Positions 51,396 through 60,242 of a stretch of 64,000 nucleotides of DNA are shown here, one piece after another. The stretch is from positions 45,655 through 109,654 of the forward strand of contig JAVBTT010000006.1 of assembly GCA_031556035.1 (NCBI GenBank). Direction: 5' to 3'. Position numbers and translations under genes: made by a program. Origin of the DNA: Oscillospiraceae bacterium. GTDB lineage: Bacteria > Bacillota > Clostridia > Oscillospirales > UBA929. Each line of letters opens with the position of its first letter. The stretch's first letter is position 1. Below the pieces are notes generated by a model that saw only the letters and a program-made list of their open reading frames with translations, made no database searches and was not told the DNA's origin.

Positions 51396-52637
51396 ATGAC
51401 GGAAAAAATCACCCTGCCCAACGGGGCGAGGCTTGTCACGGAGTACATGGATCAGGTGCGCAGCGCCGCGGTGGGCTTCTGGATCGGAAGCGGTTCCCGC
51501 CACGAGCCGGAAAACCTGGGAGGCATCTCCCACGCGATTGAGCACATGGTGTTCAAGGGCACAAAGAGCCGCACCTCCGCGCAGATAGCGGAGGAGATGG
51601 ACGCGATAGGCGGCCAGATCAACGCCTTCACCACAAAGGAGTGCACCTGCTTTTACGGGCGCTCGCTCGACACCCACCTCGACACGGCGATAGACCTGCT
51701 GTCCGACATATTCTTCTCCCCCAAGCTGGCAGAGGAGGACTGGCAGCTTGAGCGCGGCGTGATCCTGGAGGAGATAGGCATGTATGAGGACAGCCCGGAG
51801 GATCTGGTGGGCGAGGAGCTGTTCGCAGCGGTTTTCAAGGGCTGCCCTCTCGGAAGGCCCATACTGGGCCGCCCGGACAGCCTGAACGCGATGAGCGCCG
51901 AAACAATTGCCGGCTACAAGGCCGCGAACTACACTGCGGACCGGCTGGTCGTCAGCCTCGCCGGGCACTACTCGGAGGAGGACAGGCGCCGGCTGGCCGA
52001 CATCATTTCCGGACTCGGGGGGCAGGCCCCTGAGGACAGGCGCGCGGGAACCTATACCCCGGCCTTCACCGCAAAGCACAAGCCGATCGAGCAAAACCAC
52101 ATCTGCCTCGCCTTTCCGTCCCTCCCGCTCGGGCACGAGAAGCGCTACGCCCTCCAGGTGCTCAACGGCATACTGGGAGCGGGCATGAGCTCAAGGCTGT
52201 TCCAGACTGTGCGCGAGCAAAACGGGCTGTGCTACTCCGTCTACAGCTACACGGCCGGGCACGCGGACGCCGGTCTGTTCGGCATATATACGGCGCTGAA
52301 CAAGGAGACGGAGAGCCAGGCGATAAGGCTGATATGCGACGTGGTGCGGCGCTTTGCCGAGGAGGGCCCGACCGACAAGGAGCTGTTCCGGGTGCGGGAG
52401 CAGATCAAGGCCAACGTGCTGATGAGCCTGGAGTCGACCTCGTCGCGGATGCACCACCTCGGGCAGAACGAGCTGCTTATGAACCACGTCCCCACTCCGG
52501 ACGAGATCACCGAGCGCTACGACGCCGTGACCTGCGAGGGCGTGCGCGAGCTCGCCGGGGATATCTTCGACTTTGAGAGTCTGAGTTTTTCCGCGGTAGG
52601 CAATGTCGAAGGAACCGACTACCACGCGCTGGTGTAA
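51396..52637 (+). CDS. M16-family zinc peptidase (insulinase-like)
   Basis: Inverted zinc motif HAIEHM…E. Start trimmed to the ATG at 51396 (MTEKITLPNGARL…). Confidence 0.85.
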   Translation: MTEKITLPNGARLVTEYMDQVRSAAVGFWIGSGSRHEPENLGGISHAIEHMVFKGTKSRTSAQIAEEMDAIGGQINAFTTKECTCFYGRSLDTHLDTAIDLLSDIFFSPKLAEEDWQLERGVILEEIGMYEDSPEDLVGEELFAAVFKGCPLGRPILGRPDSLNAMSAETIAGYKAANYTADRLVVSLAGHYSEEDRRRLADIISGLGGQAPEDRRAGTYTPAFTAKHKPIEQNHICLAFPSLPLGHEKRYALQVLNGILGAGMSSRLFQTVREQNGLCYSVYSYTAGHADAGLFGIYTALNKETESQAIRLICDVVRRFAEEGPTDKELFRVREQIKANVLMSLESTSSRMHHLGQNELLMNHVPTPDEITERYDAVTCEGVRELAGDIFDFESLSFSAVGNVEGTDYHALV

Positions 52638-52640
52638 AAC

Positions 52641-52686
52641 GTATAAAGCGTCAGGGCCGCCGGAGGCGGCCCTGATGCTTTATACG
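52641..52686. terminator. bidirectional terminator hairpin (21-bp stem) between convergent genes
   Basis: GTATAAAGCGTCAGGGCCGCC-GGAG-GCGGCCCTGATGCTTTATAC. Confidence 0.6.
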
Positions 52687-52696
52687 GCGACGTCTC

Positions 52697-53248
52697 CTAC
52701 GCGTCCACCGTAAGCCAGAACCTCACGGTGCCGCCCACTGTGTCCCCCCGCGCCGTTATGGTATAGTCGCCCATAGAGGTTGAGAAATCGATGTACGGCG
52801 ACATGGCGTTCTGCATGATCGTGTTCACCATGCCCAGCTCAAGCGCCTCGATTTCAGGCTTTGAGAAATACGGAAGCAGGAGACTGTCCGCCAGCTCGAG
52901 CGCCTGGCTGACCGTGTTGATAGTCAAAAGAGACGGGTACACCTCGCCGGACAGCTCCTCCGCCCTGCCGCCCTCAAACCTCGCGCTGAGCCGCACGCTC
53001 CTGTCCGGGATGTAATAGTCGAGCGTCATGAGGTCTTCCGGGTCGCCGTTGATATAGAGGTCCACATAGCCCCCCCTGCTCACAGCGTCCGCCACATAGG
53101 CCGGATCGTTCACCGTTATCAGGCCGGGCTTGAGCGCCATGCGCAGTGTGTCGCGCTTGAGCGCGGCGAAAACGCCGACAGCGACAAAAAGCAGCAAAAG
53201 CGCGACAAGCAGTATCTTTCGGCCAATATGCCTTTTCCTGGGAATCAT
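52697..53248 (-). CDS. hypothetical membrane-anchored protein
   Basis: 183 aa with an N-terminal TM helix (ILLVALLLLFVAVGVFAAL). No recognisable domain. Confidence 0.55.
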   Translation of the reverse strand: MIPRKRHIGRKILLVALLLLFVAVGVFAALKRDTLRMALKPGLITVNDPAYVADAVSRGGYVDLYINGDPEDLMTLDYYIPDRSVRLSARFEGGRAEELSGEVYPSLLTINTVSQALELADSLLLPYFSKPEIEALELGMVNTIMQNAMSPYIDFSTSMGDYTITARGDTVGGTVRFWLTVDA

Positions 53249-53272
53249 TTGTGTACCTCCGGGATCGATAAT

Positions 53273-54091
53273 TCAGTGTGTCAGCAGCAGCCTTCTCCAG
53301 TTTCCGCCCGCTATCATATCCACAACATCCGCCGAAAACGGCAGAAGCTCAAGCAGCCTGGGCACGCTCTGAACGCCGTCCATGCCGTCCGGCAGCGGCG
53401 CGCAGCCGTCAAAATCCGAGCCGAGGCCCACGTGCCCGCTTCCTGCCACCCTGACCGCGTGCGCTATGTGCGCCGCGATGTCCCCCAGCGTCGCCTGGTT
53501 TCTTCCCGTCAGAAACGGGGGATAATAGCAAATGCCGACAACTCCCCCCGATTCGGCCACGGCCCTGAGCTGGGAGTCTGTGAGGTTGCGCCGGTGGGGA
53601 TTGAGGGCCGCGCAGCAGGCGTGCGTTACGGCGAGAGGGCCCCTGCGCATCGCGGCGACGTCCTCAAATGTCTTCTGCGAGCAGTGAGAGAGATCGACAA
53701 GCATTCCCAGGGCCGCGCAGTATTCCACGACCTCGCGGCCCAGCTCCGTAAGACCCCCGCCCGCGCCGCCGCAGCCGCCCGCCAGGGCGTTGTCGCTGTT
53801 CCAGGTCAGGCCCAGCAGCCGGACGCCCAGCCCGGCGTACCCGTCAATGTCGGCGAGGCTCCTCGCCTCGTCGGCGCCCTCCACGGCGGGGATCGCCGTA
53901 AAGCCCTCGATCCGGGCCAGGGCCGCCAGTCTGCGAAGCTGCTCGCGCTTGCCAGGGCCGTACGCGGCGAACACCTGCCCGGAATACCCGGCCCTTACCG
54001 CGCGGGTCATGTCAAAGTGCCCCGTGTTGGCGAGCAGGCCGAGGCCCGCCGAAAGAGTGTCGCAGTGCGCGTCCAGTATCAACGAAAGCAT
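53273..54091 (-). CDS. membrane dipeptidase (peptidase family M19)
   Basis: Start trimmed to the ATG at 54091 (MLSLILDAHCDTL…) with an AGAGAGGGG SD. Typical M19 motifs (HCDT; …THACCAALNPHRRNLTD). Confidence 0.8.
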   Translation of the reverse strand: MLSLILDAHCDTLSAGLGLLANTGHFDMTRAVRAGYSGQVFAAYGPGKREQLRRLAALARIEGFTAIPAVEGADEARSLADIDGYAGLGVRLLGLTWNSDNALAGGCGGAGGGLTELGREVVEYCAALGMLVDLSHCSQKTFEDVAAMRRGPLAVTHACCAALNPHRRNLTDSQLRAVAESGGVVGICYYPPFLTGRNQATLGDIAAHIAHAVRVAGSGHVGLGSDFDGCAPLPDGMDGVQSVPRLLELLPFSADVVDMIAGGNWRRLLLTH

Positions 54092-54285
54092 CCCCTCTCT
54101 TGCAATGCGGGCCTCCCTGTGATAATGTTTCGGGAGAGCGCCATACTGAATTATATGAGGATGGCTCTTAAAAAAGCATAATTTACCAAGCAAGCGCCGA
54201 TTAAAGCCGCCTTGTAGGGGCGCATATTATGCGCCCGCCCAAACTCCCTGCAACGCGGGACACGACGGGCGATTGACAATCGCCC

Positions 54286-54672
54286 CTACTTTAAGGGTCG
54301 CTCCTTACGGGACCTGTAGCGCTCCATGTCGCGCTCGTCCTTGCGCTCAAGGCTCCTGTCCCCCGCCAGGCTCTCGAGGTGATGGGTGAACTCGTGCACG
54401 AGCACGCGCTTGAGCTGAGCGCGGAAGGCGCGGGGCGGCATGTGCCCGTATATCAGCTCAAACGAGCCGAAATATATCGTGATATATCTGCCCAGCGTCG
54501 GGCTGTGCGTATATTCCCCCATGATGTAAAGGTCGCCGGAATCCCTTGCCTCCTCGTGCGTCTTCACGTCCGGAAGCAGCAGTATTCCCCCGTTGAGCTG
54601 ATTATAAAAGTCGGCGGGCAGCTCCTGCGCGATCTCGTCCAGCATCGCGCCCGCCTCTTCGATCGTAACCAT
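54286..54672 (-). CDS. small putative zinc metallopeptidase-like protein (HExxH motif)
   Basis: HEFTHHLES motif in a ~128 aa protein. Start at the ATG at 54672 (MVTIEEAG…). Confidence 0.6.
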   Translation of the reverse strand: MVTIEEAGAMLDEIAQELPADFYNQLNGGILLLPDVKTHEEARDSGDLYIMGEYTHSPTLGRYITIYFGSFELIYGHMPPRAFRAQLKRVLVHEFTHHLESLAGDRSLERKDERDMERYRSRKERPLK

Positions 54673-54760
54673 CCGGCACCTCCGATCCAAACCTCATGAT
54701 ATCATAACTCCGCGGTAAATAAAAGCCCCGGCGCACATGTCCGGGGAAAGGGGGCGGCGT

Positions 54761-55636
54761 ATGCGAGTAAAAGCGGTAATCAATCCGGAATCCGGCCAGA
54801 AGAGCATGAGGGCCGCCGTATCGGAAGCGCTCGGGCTGCTGAAGGCGCGCGGACTGCTGGAGGACGGGGACATAATCACCCGCTCCCCGAGCGAACGCGC
54901 GGGCTTCTACGACGGCTGCGGGCTAGTCGTGGCCGCGGGCGGGGACGGGACGCTGCACGACCTGATAAACGACATGAAACGGCGAGGCGCGGATATCCCG
55001 GTCGCCTACCTGCCCACCGGCACCATGAACGACTTCGGCACCAGTCTGGGCCTGCCCCGCTCCGCCAGGGCGTTCTGCGACATGATAGAAGCCGGGAAAA
55101 TCAGGGAGCTGGATCTGGGAAAGGCCGGAGATCAGTATTTTCACTATGTGGTGGCAGGAGGGGCGATGAGCTCGGTCAGCTACGCCACCGCCCGCCGCCT
55201 GAAGTACATTTTCGGGCGCAGGGCGTACTACATCTCGGCCCTTCCCCGCTTTTTCGAGCTCTTCAAGGGCTCAAAAATCAAAATATCCGGCGACGCGGGG
55301 GAGTTCAGCGAGAAAACGCTGCTGTTTCTGATAGCAAATTCCTCGATCATAGCCGGCTTCAGGAAAATGTTCCCGGAAGCCTCCCCGGACGACGGTCTGC
55401 TGGATGTCCTGGTGATACGCAAGGTCACCGCGCTCAAGTCCCTGCCGCTGCTGCTGTCCATAGTCAGGGGGACGCATCTGGAAAGGCCGGAGGTGCTGTA
55501 CTTCAGGACGAAGCGGGTCGAGATAACCCAGCTGGGCAGGCGCGCGGTTAGAACGGACATAGACGGGGAAAGGGGCGGCCCGCTCCCTCTCACGGCGGAA
55601 ATAGTCCCCGGAGCGCTGAAGCTGATAGTGCCGTGA
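54761..55636 (+). CDS. diacylglycerol-kinase-family lipid kinase (DAGK catalytic domain, YegS/BmrU-like)
   Basis: GGDGT motif (VVAAGGDGTLHDLIND). AAAGGGGG SD 7 nt before the ATG at 54761. Confidence 0.8.
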   Translation: MRVKAVINPESGQKSMRAAVSEALGLLKARGLLEDGDIITRSPSERAGFYDGCGLVVAAGGDGTLHDLINDMKRRGADIPVAYLPTGTMNDFGTSLGLPRSARAFCDMIEAGKIRELDLGKAGDQYFHYVVAGGAMSSVSYATARRLKYIFGRRAYYISALPRFFELFKGSKIKISGDAGEFSEKTLLFLIANSSIIAGFRKMFPEASPDDGLLDVLVIRKVTALKSLPLLLSIVRGTHLERPEVLYFRTKRVEITQLGRRAVRTDIDGERGGPLPLTAEIVPGALKLIVP

Positions 55637-55644
55637 AAGCAGGG

Positions 55645-55832
55645 GCGGCTCAGACCGATGACAAACTACAGTTTGTCATCGAAAACGAGGGCAAGCTGTC
55701 GCCGCTGAGGCGGCTCACAGAGAACGGTTTTCCCGAAGTGAATTCGGGAAAACCTAGAATATCAAGCTTTTTCACTCTTGCTTGAGCGCAAGAGTGAAAA
55801 AGGACGGAGGTTGCGGACTTTGTCATCACTCT
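55645..55832. repeat. A-family structured repeat, short variant A4
   Basis: The long internal stem-loop is replaced by the simple hairpin CTTTTTCACTCTTGC-TTGAGC-GCAAGAGTGAAAAAG. The second hairpin is GGTTTTCCCGAAGTGAATTCGGGAAAACC. Confidence 0.85.
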
Positions 55833-57136
55833 GAAAGCGAGTCCAGGGTGCACTGATCCTGCCTGGCGTTTGTCGGCGGCAGTGAAATCCCCATGCGCTG
55901 AACATCAAAGCGGCTGTCCGACAGATAGCTCAGTATCCTGTCCATGACCTCCAGCGTCTCCTCGTCCTGGTTCAGCATCAGCACGCACCGCTCCGCGTAC
56001 GGCTTTGTCAGCAGGGCTTCCAGACTTGACGACACCGTCTGATAAATCTTGCCCGGAACGCTCTCCGTCCGGGCGTCCACGGTCCAGTCCCAGTACCTGT
56101 AGCCCGCGAGGATGAGCCCGCGCCTCAGCTCCTCGGTCAGCCCGCCGCTTCCGCCCGGCAGCCGGACAAGCATGGTTTTTGTGAGCGTGCAGGCGTCCAG
56201 CGCGTCGTTGTCCGCGCCCAGCGCCTCCAGCATTTTCTCGGACGAGGAATAGAAATCCTCAATTCCGCCATAGCCGCCGAGCCCCGCCGCGAACTGAGAG
56301 GACGCGGCGATCCGCCGCATATCGGCGGCATAATCCCCCATCCGCTCCCCGCGCATAAAAAACGCCGCCGGCATATTGTAAGAATCCAAAATATCGAGAA
56401 ACTCGCGCGTGAGCTCATTTGGCCCGCCCTCAAACGTGATGAACACCGGGATGGGAACCTGCACCCGGGAGGGAGACGGAGAGGACGGCGTCACGGACTG
56501 AGACGGCAGCGCCGACGACGGAGGGGTCAGCGTCGGCAGCGACACGCCTGTCGTCGGGGTGGGGTTCGCCTCCAGCCACGCGCTCTTCAGCGAGTCCTCA
56601 AATAAAGCCAGGAAGTTCTGGTCGCTCATCGTGGTTTTTCTAGTCCTTATCCTGAGCATGTCGCCATATTCGGTCGGCGTGATATCGGCCCCCGCCCATT
56701 CGAAATACTCGCACAGAAAATCCACCGGGAGGACAAATATGGTGTTCTCCCCGTCGTCCACCATGGTGCAGCGCTGGCTGTACTGCTTTTCCCCGTCAAA
56801 CGCCACGCCCGAGCCGAGCTCAAAGGTTATTGTCTTTCCTCCCCAGGTGAGCGAGAAATGCCGCTGCGCGGGCGCGTAGGTGGTCGTCAGGCCGATCCCG
56901 GCCTCCGCCAGCGCGAAGTGCGGCACATAATTTACCCTGCTGACGGTTAAAAAGCTGTATTTTGAGTTAAACGGAAGTATAGTTGTATTGACCACCGTAA
57001 AGCTGCCGGTCACCGCGCGGGCTCCGGGCATAAATAACGACAGCAGGGCTGACATGGTAAAAAGCGCGGCGAAAAGCGCCCACAGCGCACGGTTCCGGGT
57101 GGGCTTCGCGCCGTTTTGGAACCGCCTTCTCCTCAT
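55826..57136 (-). CDS. polysaccharide deacetylase (NodB/CE4 domain) with an N-terminal stalk domain
   Basis: C-terminal CE4 motifs (…FITFEGGPNELTREFLDILDSYNMPAAFFMRGERM…), an N-terminal signal/TM, and a proline/Ser-Thr-rich linker. Confidence 0.75.
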   Translation of the reverse strand: MRRRRFQNGAKPTRNRALWALFAALFTMSALLSLFMPGARAVTGSFTVVNTTILPFNSKYSFLTVSRVNYVPHFALAEAGIGLTTTYAPAQRHFSLTWGGKTITFELGSGVAFDGEKQYSQRCTMVDDGENTIFVLPVDFLCEYFEWAGADITPTEYGDMLRIRTRKTTMSDQNFLALFEDSLKSAWLEANPTPTTGVSLPTLTPPSSALPSQSVTPSSPSPSRVQVPIPVFITFEGGPNELTREFLDILDSYNMPAAFFMRGERMGDYAADMRRIAASSQFAAGLGGYGGIEDFYSSSEKMLEALGADNDALDACTLTKTMLVRLPGGSGGLTEELRRGLILAGYRYWDWTVDARTESVPGKIYQTVSSSLEALLTKPYAERCVLMLNQDEETLEVMDRILSYLSDSRFDVQRMGISLPPTNARQDQCTLDSLSE

Positions 57137-57750
57137 GGCTGCCCCTCCCGCTGACGGGTGGCGTACAGGTATGCGTTTTCATAGTCCCCCAGGCTGTGGC
57201 AGCAGCGCTCCAGGAGACGGTACAGCCTTTTCGGGTCCGTTTTGGGCGGAACATGTTTCTCCGCCTGCGCGAGCATCAGCCTCGCCTGCGCGAGCTGCCC
57301 GCTTTCAAGGAAGAGTCTTCCCCTGAGTAAAAAATGCCTGTAGAGCAGAGACGCCTCCGACGGGGGCTCCATATCCAAAAGCCTCCCGGCGCTCTCCAGC
57401 TCGCCGCGGGAGAGGCAATACTCAGCCTCAAGCAGTCTCAAATGCTTCTCGGTGGAGTGCAGACGGCACTTTTCCTCGAGAAGCCGCCGGGAAAACTCCT
57501 CCGGGTTTGTCTCCATCAGCCCGTCCAGCTCGTCGAGCCCGTCCGAGGTCTGCGGCATGTCGCCGGACAAAAACTCGCCCGGAGACAGCCCGAGCCGCTC
57601 CGCCAGATACTCCAGCGTCCTGACTGACGGGGTCGCGCTGTCGTTCTCGATTTTTGAGAGCATGTTGCGCGTAATATATTCTCCGACAAGCTCCTGCTGG
57701 GTCAGCCTCTTGTCGAGACGCGCCTCGCGTATGCGCTGTCCGAGGGTCAT
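57133..57750 (-). CDS. XRE-family HTH transcriptional regulator with a C-terminal TPR-like domain
   Basis: MTLGQRIREARLDKRLTQQELVGEYITRNMLSKIENDSATPSVRTLEYLAERLGLS. ATGA overlap with the downstream deacetylase gene. Confidence 0.75.
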   Translation of the reverse strand: MTLGQRIREARLDKRLTQQELVGEYITRNMLSKIENDSATPSVRTLEYLAERLGLSPGEFLSGDMPQTSDGLDELDGLMETNPEEFSRRLLEEKCRLHSTEKHLRLLEAEYCLSRGELESAGRLLDMEPPSEASLLYRHFLLRGRLFLESGQLAQARLMLAQAEKHVPPKTDPKRLYRLLERCCHSLGDYENAYLYATRQREGQP

Positions 57751-57818
57751 TGTTCTCACGCCCAATGTGAATTTAATTTACTATAAGTATAGCATATATA
57801 TGAGAAATTGCAACCCCC

Positions 57819-57847
57819 TTGACAAGTCGTTTTTGAGATAGTAATAT
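57819..57847 (+). promoter_or_regulatory. sigma-A-type promoter for the nfeD-floT operon
   Basis: TTGACA, 17 nt spacer, TAATAT. Confidence 0.5.
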
Positions 57848-57884
57848 AAAGGTAAACTGAATTTACATTAGTGGGTGACGCCTT

Positions 57885-58553
57885 ATGATGGAATGGTTTC
57901 AGAGCATGGGGCTACTGGAGCAGATATTCGCGCTGATTGCCGCCCCGGCGACGGTTATACTTTTTATCCAGACCATTATGTCGTTTTTCGGCGGAACGGC
58001 GAACGACGCAGGGCTGGACAGCGACGTGTCCGGCATCGGCGACGCGGGCGCGGGCGACGCCGGGCTCGGGGACGCCGGAGCCTTTGAAGTCGACACCGAG
58101 CTGCCGGACGGCCACATGGGGGACAGCGCCCAGCACTTTGACGACTCGGGCCTGAGGCTGTTTTCCACCCGGGGAATCATCGCGTTCCTGACGGTCGGCG
58201 GATGGGTGGGCGTGATATGCGTCGAGTCCGGAGTCCCGGGCGTGCTGTCTGTACTTATCGCGGCGGTATGCGGCTTCGCGGCGCTGTATGGCATAGCGAA
58301 GCTTATGCAGGCTCTGATGCGCCTGCAGGAGTCGGGCAACTACGACTACCGCCAGGGCCTGGGGATGCGCGGCAAGGTGTACCTGACAATCCCGGAGAAG
58401 GGAACCGGCAAGATAAACCTGATACTGGGCGGCTCGCTGGGCGAATTCTCAGCCAGGAGCGGCTCCGGCAAGGCGATCGGAACCGGCTCTATCGTGAGGG
58501 TGATAGACCTCACGGGGGATGTGTACGTCGTCGAGGAGGAGGCCGATTCGTAG
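57885..58553 (+). CDS. NfeD-family (YuaF-like) membrane protein
   Basis: N-terminal TM region, acidic Gly-rich linker, C-terminal OB-fold-like domain. Immediately upstream of the flotillin gene. Confidence 0.75.
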   Translation: MMEWFQSMGLLEQIFALIAAPATVILFIQTIMSFFGGTANDAGLDSDVSGIGDAGAGDAGLGDAGAFEVDTELPDGHMGDSAQHFDDSGLRLFSTRGIIAFLTVGGWVGVICVESGVPGVLSVLIAAVCGFAALYGIAKLMQALMRLQESGNYDYRQGLGMRGKVYLTIPEKGTGKINLILGGSLGEFSARSGSGKAIGTGSIVRVIDLTGDVYVVEEEADS

Positions 58554-58622
58554 GGGCCTCCGGCGGCTTCGGGCCGAAAAAAGTTTTTACACAGCCTATT
58601 AAATTAAAGGGGGAGCTCAAAA

Positions 58623-60068
58623 ATGCCAAAGCTGTTGCTGACAAGCGGCCTTTCCGGAGGTCTGGCCATTTTCCTGGTGGTGGTTGTGGTGGCGCTGTTT
58701 TTCGGCGTCGTCATAGCGATTCTTTCGCGTTACCGGAAGTGCCCGTCGGATAAGATTCTGGTCATATACGGCAAGGTCGGCTCCGCCAAGGACGGCGGCT
58801 CCCGCTCCTCCAAGTGCATACACGGCGGCGCGGCGTTTATTATGCCGGTGCTGCAGAGCTACCAGTACCTCGACCTGACCCCGATATCGATTAACGTGGA
58901 CCTGCGAAACGCGCTGAGCCGCCAGAACATACGAATAGACGTGCCCAGCCGCTTCACCGTCGGCATATCGACTGAGCCGGGCGTGATACAGAACGCCGCC
59001 GAGCGCCTGATGGGGCTGAAGCTCAGCGAGGTGCAGGAACTCGCCAAGGACATCCTCTTCGGTCAGCTCCGCCTGGTCATCGCCACCATGGACATTGAGG
59101 AGATCAACACCAACCGGGACAAGTTCCTGGAGGCGGTCGCGATCAACGTGGAAACCGAGCTCAAAAAGATCGGCCTCAAGCTGATCAACGTCAACGTGAC
59201 CGATATCTCGGACGAATCCGGCTACATCGAGGCGCTTGGCAAGGAGGCCGCGGCTCAGGCGATCAACGACGCCAAAAAGAGCGTGGCCGAGAAAGACCGC
59301 GACGGAACGATCGGCGAGGCAAACGCTCTGCGCGACCAGCGCATCTCGGTCAGCATGGCCAACTCCATGGCCGTAAAGGGCGAGAACGAGGCCAAGATAG
59401 AGATCGCGAATTCGGACGCGCTGCGCCGCGAGCGCGAGGCGGAAGCCCAGCGCCGCGCCATCGCCGCCGAAAAGGTGCAGAGCGCGAAGGCCCTTGAGGA
59501 GGCATACGCCGCCGAGCAGAGCGCTGAAAAGCAGCGCGCCACCCGCGAGAAGGCCACGATGGAGGCGGACGTCATCGTCAAGGCCGAGATCGAAAAGCGC
59601 CAGGTGGAAATCGCCGCCGAGGCTGAGGCTGAGCAGTCCAGGCGTCTGGCGCGGGGCGAGGCGGACGCGATATACGCGAAAATGGAGGCGGAGGCGCGGG
59701 GCGCCGAGGAGATACTCAAGCGCCAGGCGGAGGGCCTTCTCAAGGTGGTCGAGGCCGCCGGGGGCGACGTCGAGGGCGCGGTGCGCATGATGATAACTGA
59801 CAAGCTGGAGACACTCACGAGAACTCAGGTCGAGGCGATATCCAGGCTGAAGATCGACAAGATCACGGTGTGGGATTCCGGCGCGGGAGCGGACGGCAAA
59901 AGCGCCACCGCCGGTTTTCTGTCCGGGCTGCTGAAATCCCTGCCCCCGCTGAACGACATGTATAAAATGGCGGGGCTTGAAATGCCGGACATACTCGACG
60001 TGGAGCCCAAGCACGCCGCAGCGGCGCCGGAGGCGGCGGAAAAACAGTCGGTCTCACAATCAGGTTAA
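58623..60068 (+). CDS. flotillin-family SPFH-domain protein (FloT/YuaG-like)
   Basis: N-terminal TM helix, SPFH domain, long Ala/Glu-rich coiled-coil repeats (EAEAQRRAIAAE…). AAAGGGGGAG SD. Confidence 0.85.
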   Translation: MPKLLLTSGLSGGLAIFLVVVVVALFFGVVIAILSRYRKCPSDKILVIYGKVGSAKDGGSRSSKCIHGGAAFIMPVLQSYQYLDLTPISINVDLRNALSRQNIRIDVPSRFTVGISTEPGVIQNAAERLMGLKLSEVQELAKDILFGQLRLVIATMDIEEINTNRDKFLEAVAINVETELKKIGLKLINVNVTDISDESGYIEALGKEAAAQAINDAKKSVAEKDRDGTIGEANALRDQRISVSMANSMAVKGENEAKIEIANSDALRREREAEAQRRAIAAEKVQSAKALEEAYAAEQSAEKQRATREKATMEADVIVKAEIEKRQVEIAAEAEAEQSRRLARGEADAIYAKMEAEARGAEEILKRQAEGLLKVVEAAGGDVEGAVRMMITDKLETLTRTQVEAISRLKIDKITVWDSGAGADGKSATAGFLSGLLKSLPPLNDMYKMAGLEMPDILDVEPKHAAAAPEAAEKQSVSQSG

Positions 60069-60073
60069 ATATA

Positions 60074-60108
60074 AACCCCGCGGGCCGCAGCGCTCCGCGG
60101 GGTTTTTC
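60074..60108 (+). terminator. rho-independent terminator after floT
   Basis: CCCCGCGG…CCGCGGGG stem followed by TTTTT. Confidence 0.75.
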
Positions 60109-60128
60109 ATATCAGACAAAAATTTTAC

Positions 60129-60156
60129 TTGCATATCCCCGCGTTTTTGCTATAAT
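60129..60156 (+). promoter_or_regulatory. sigma-A-type promoter (TTGCAT, 16 nt spacer, TATAAT) for the SLH tandem-peptidase gene
   Basis: Motifs read directly from the sequence. AAAGGAG SD at 60229. Confidence 0.55.
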
Positions 60157-60242
60157 AGCCTCACTTTGTCTTTTCATGGCATTCCAAATTATTCCGGAAT
60201 GTACACAAGCAAGGGAGATGTTATTCTAAAGGAGAATGTGTC

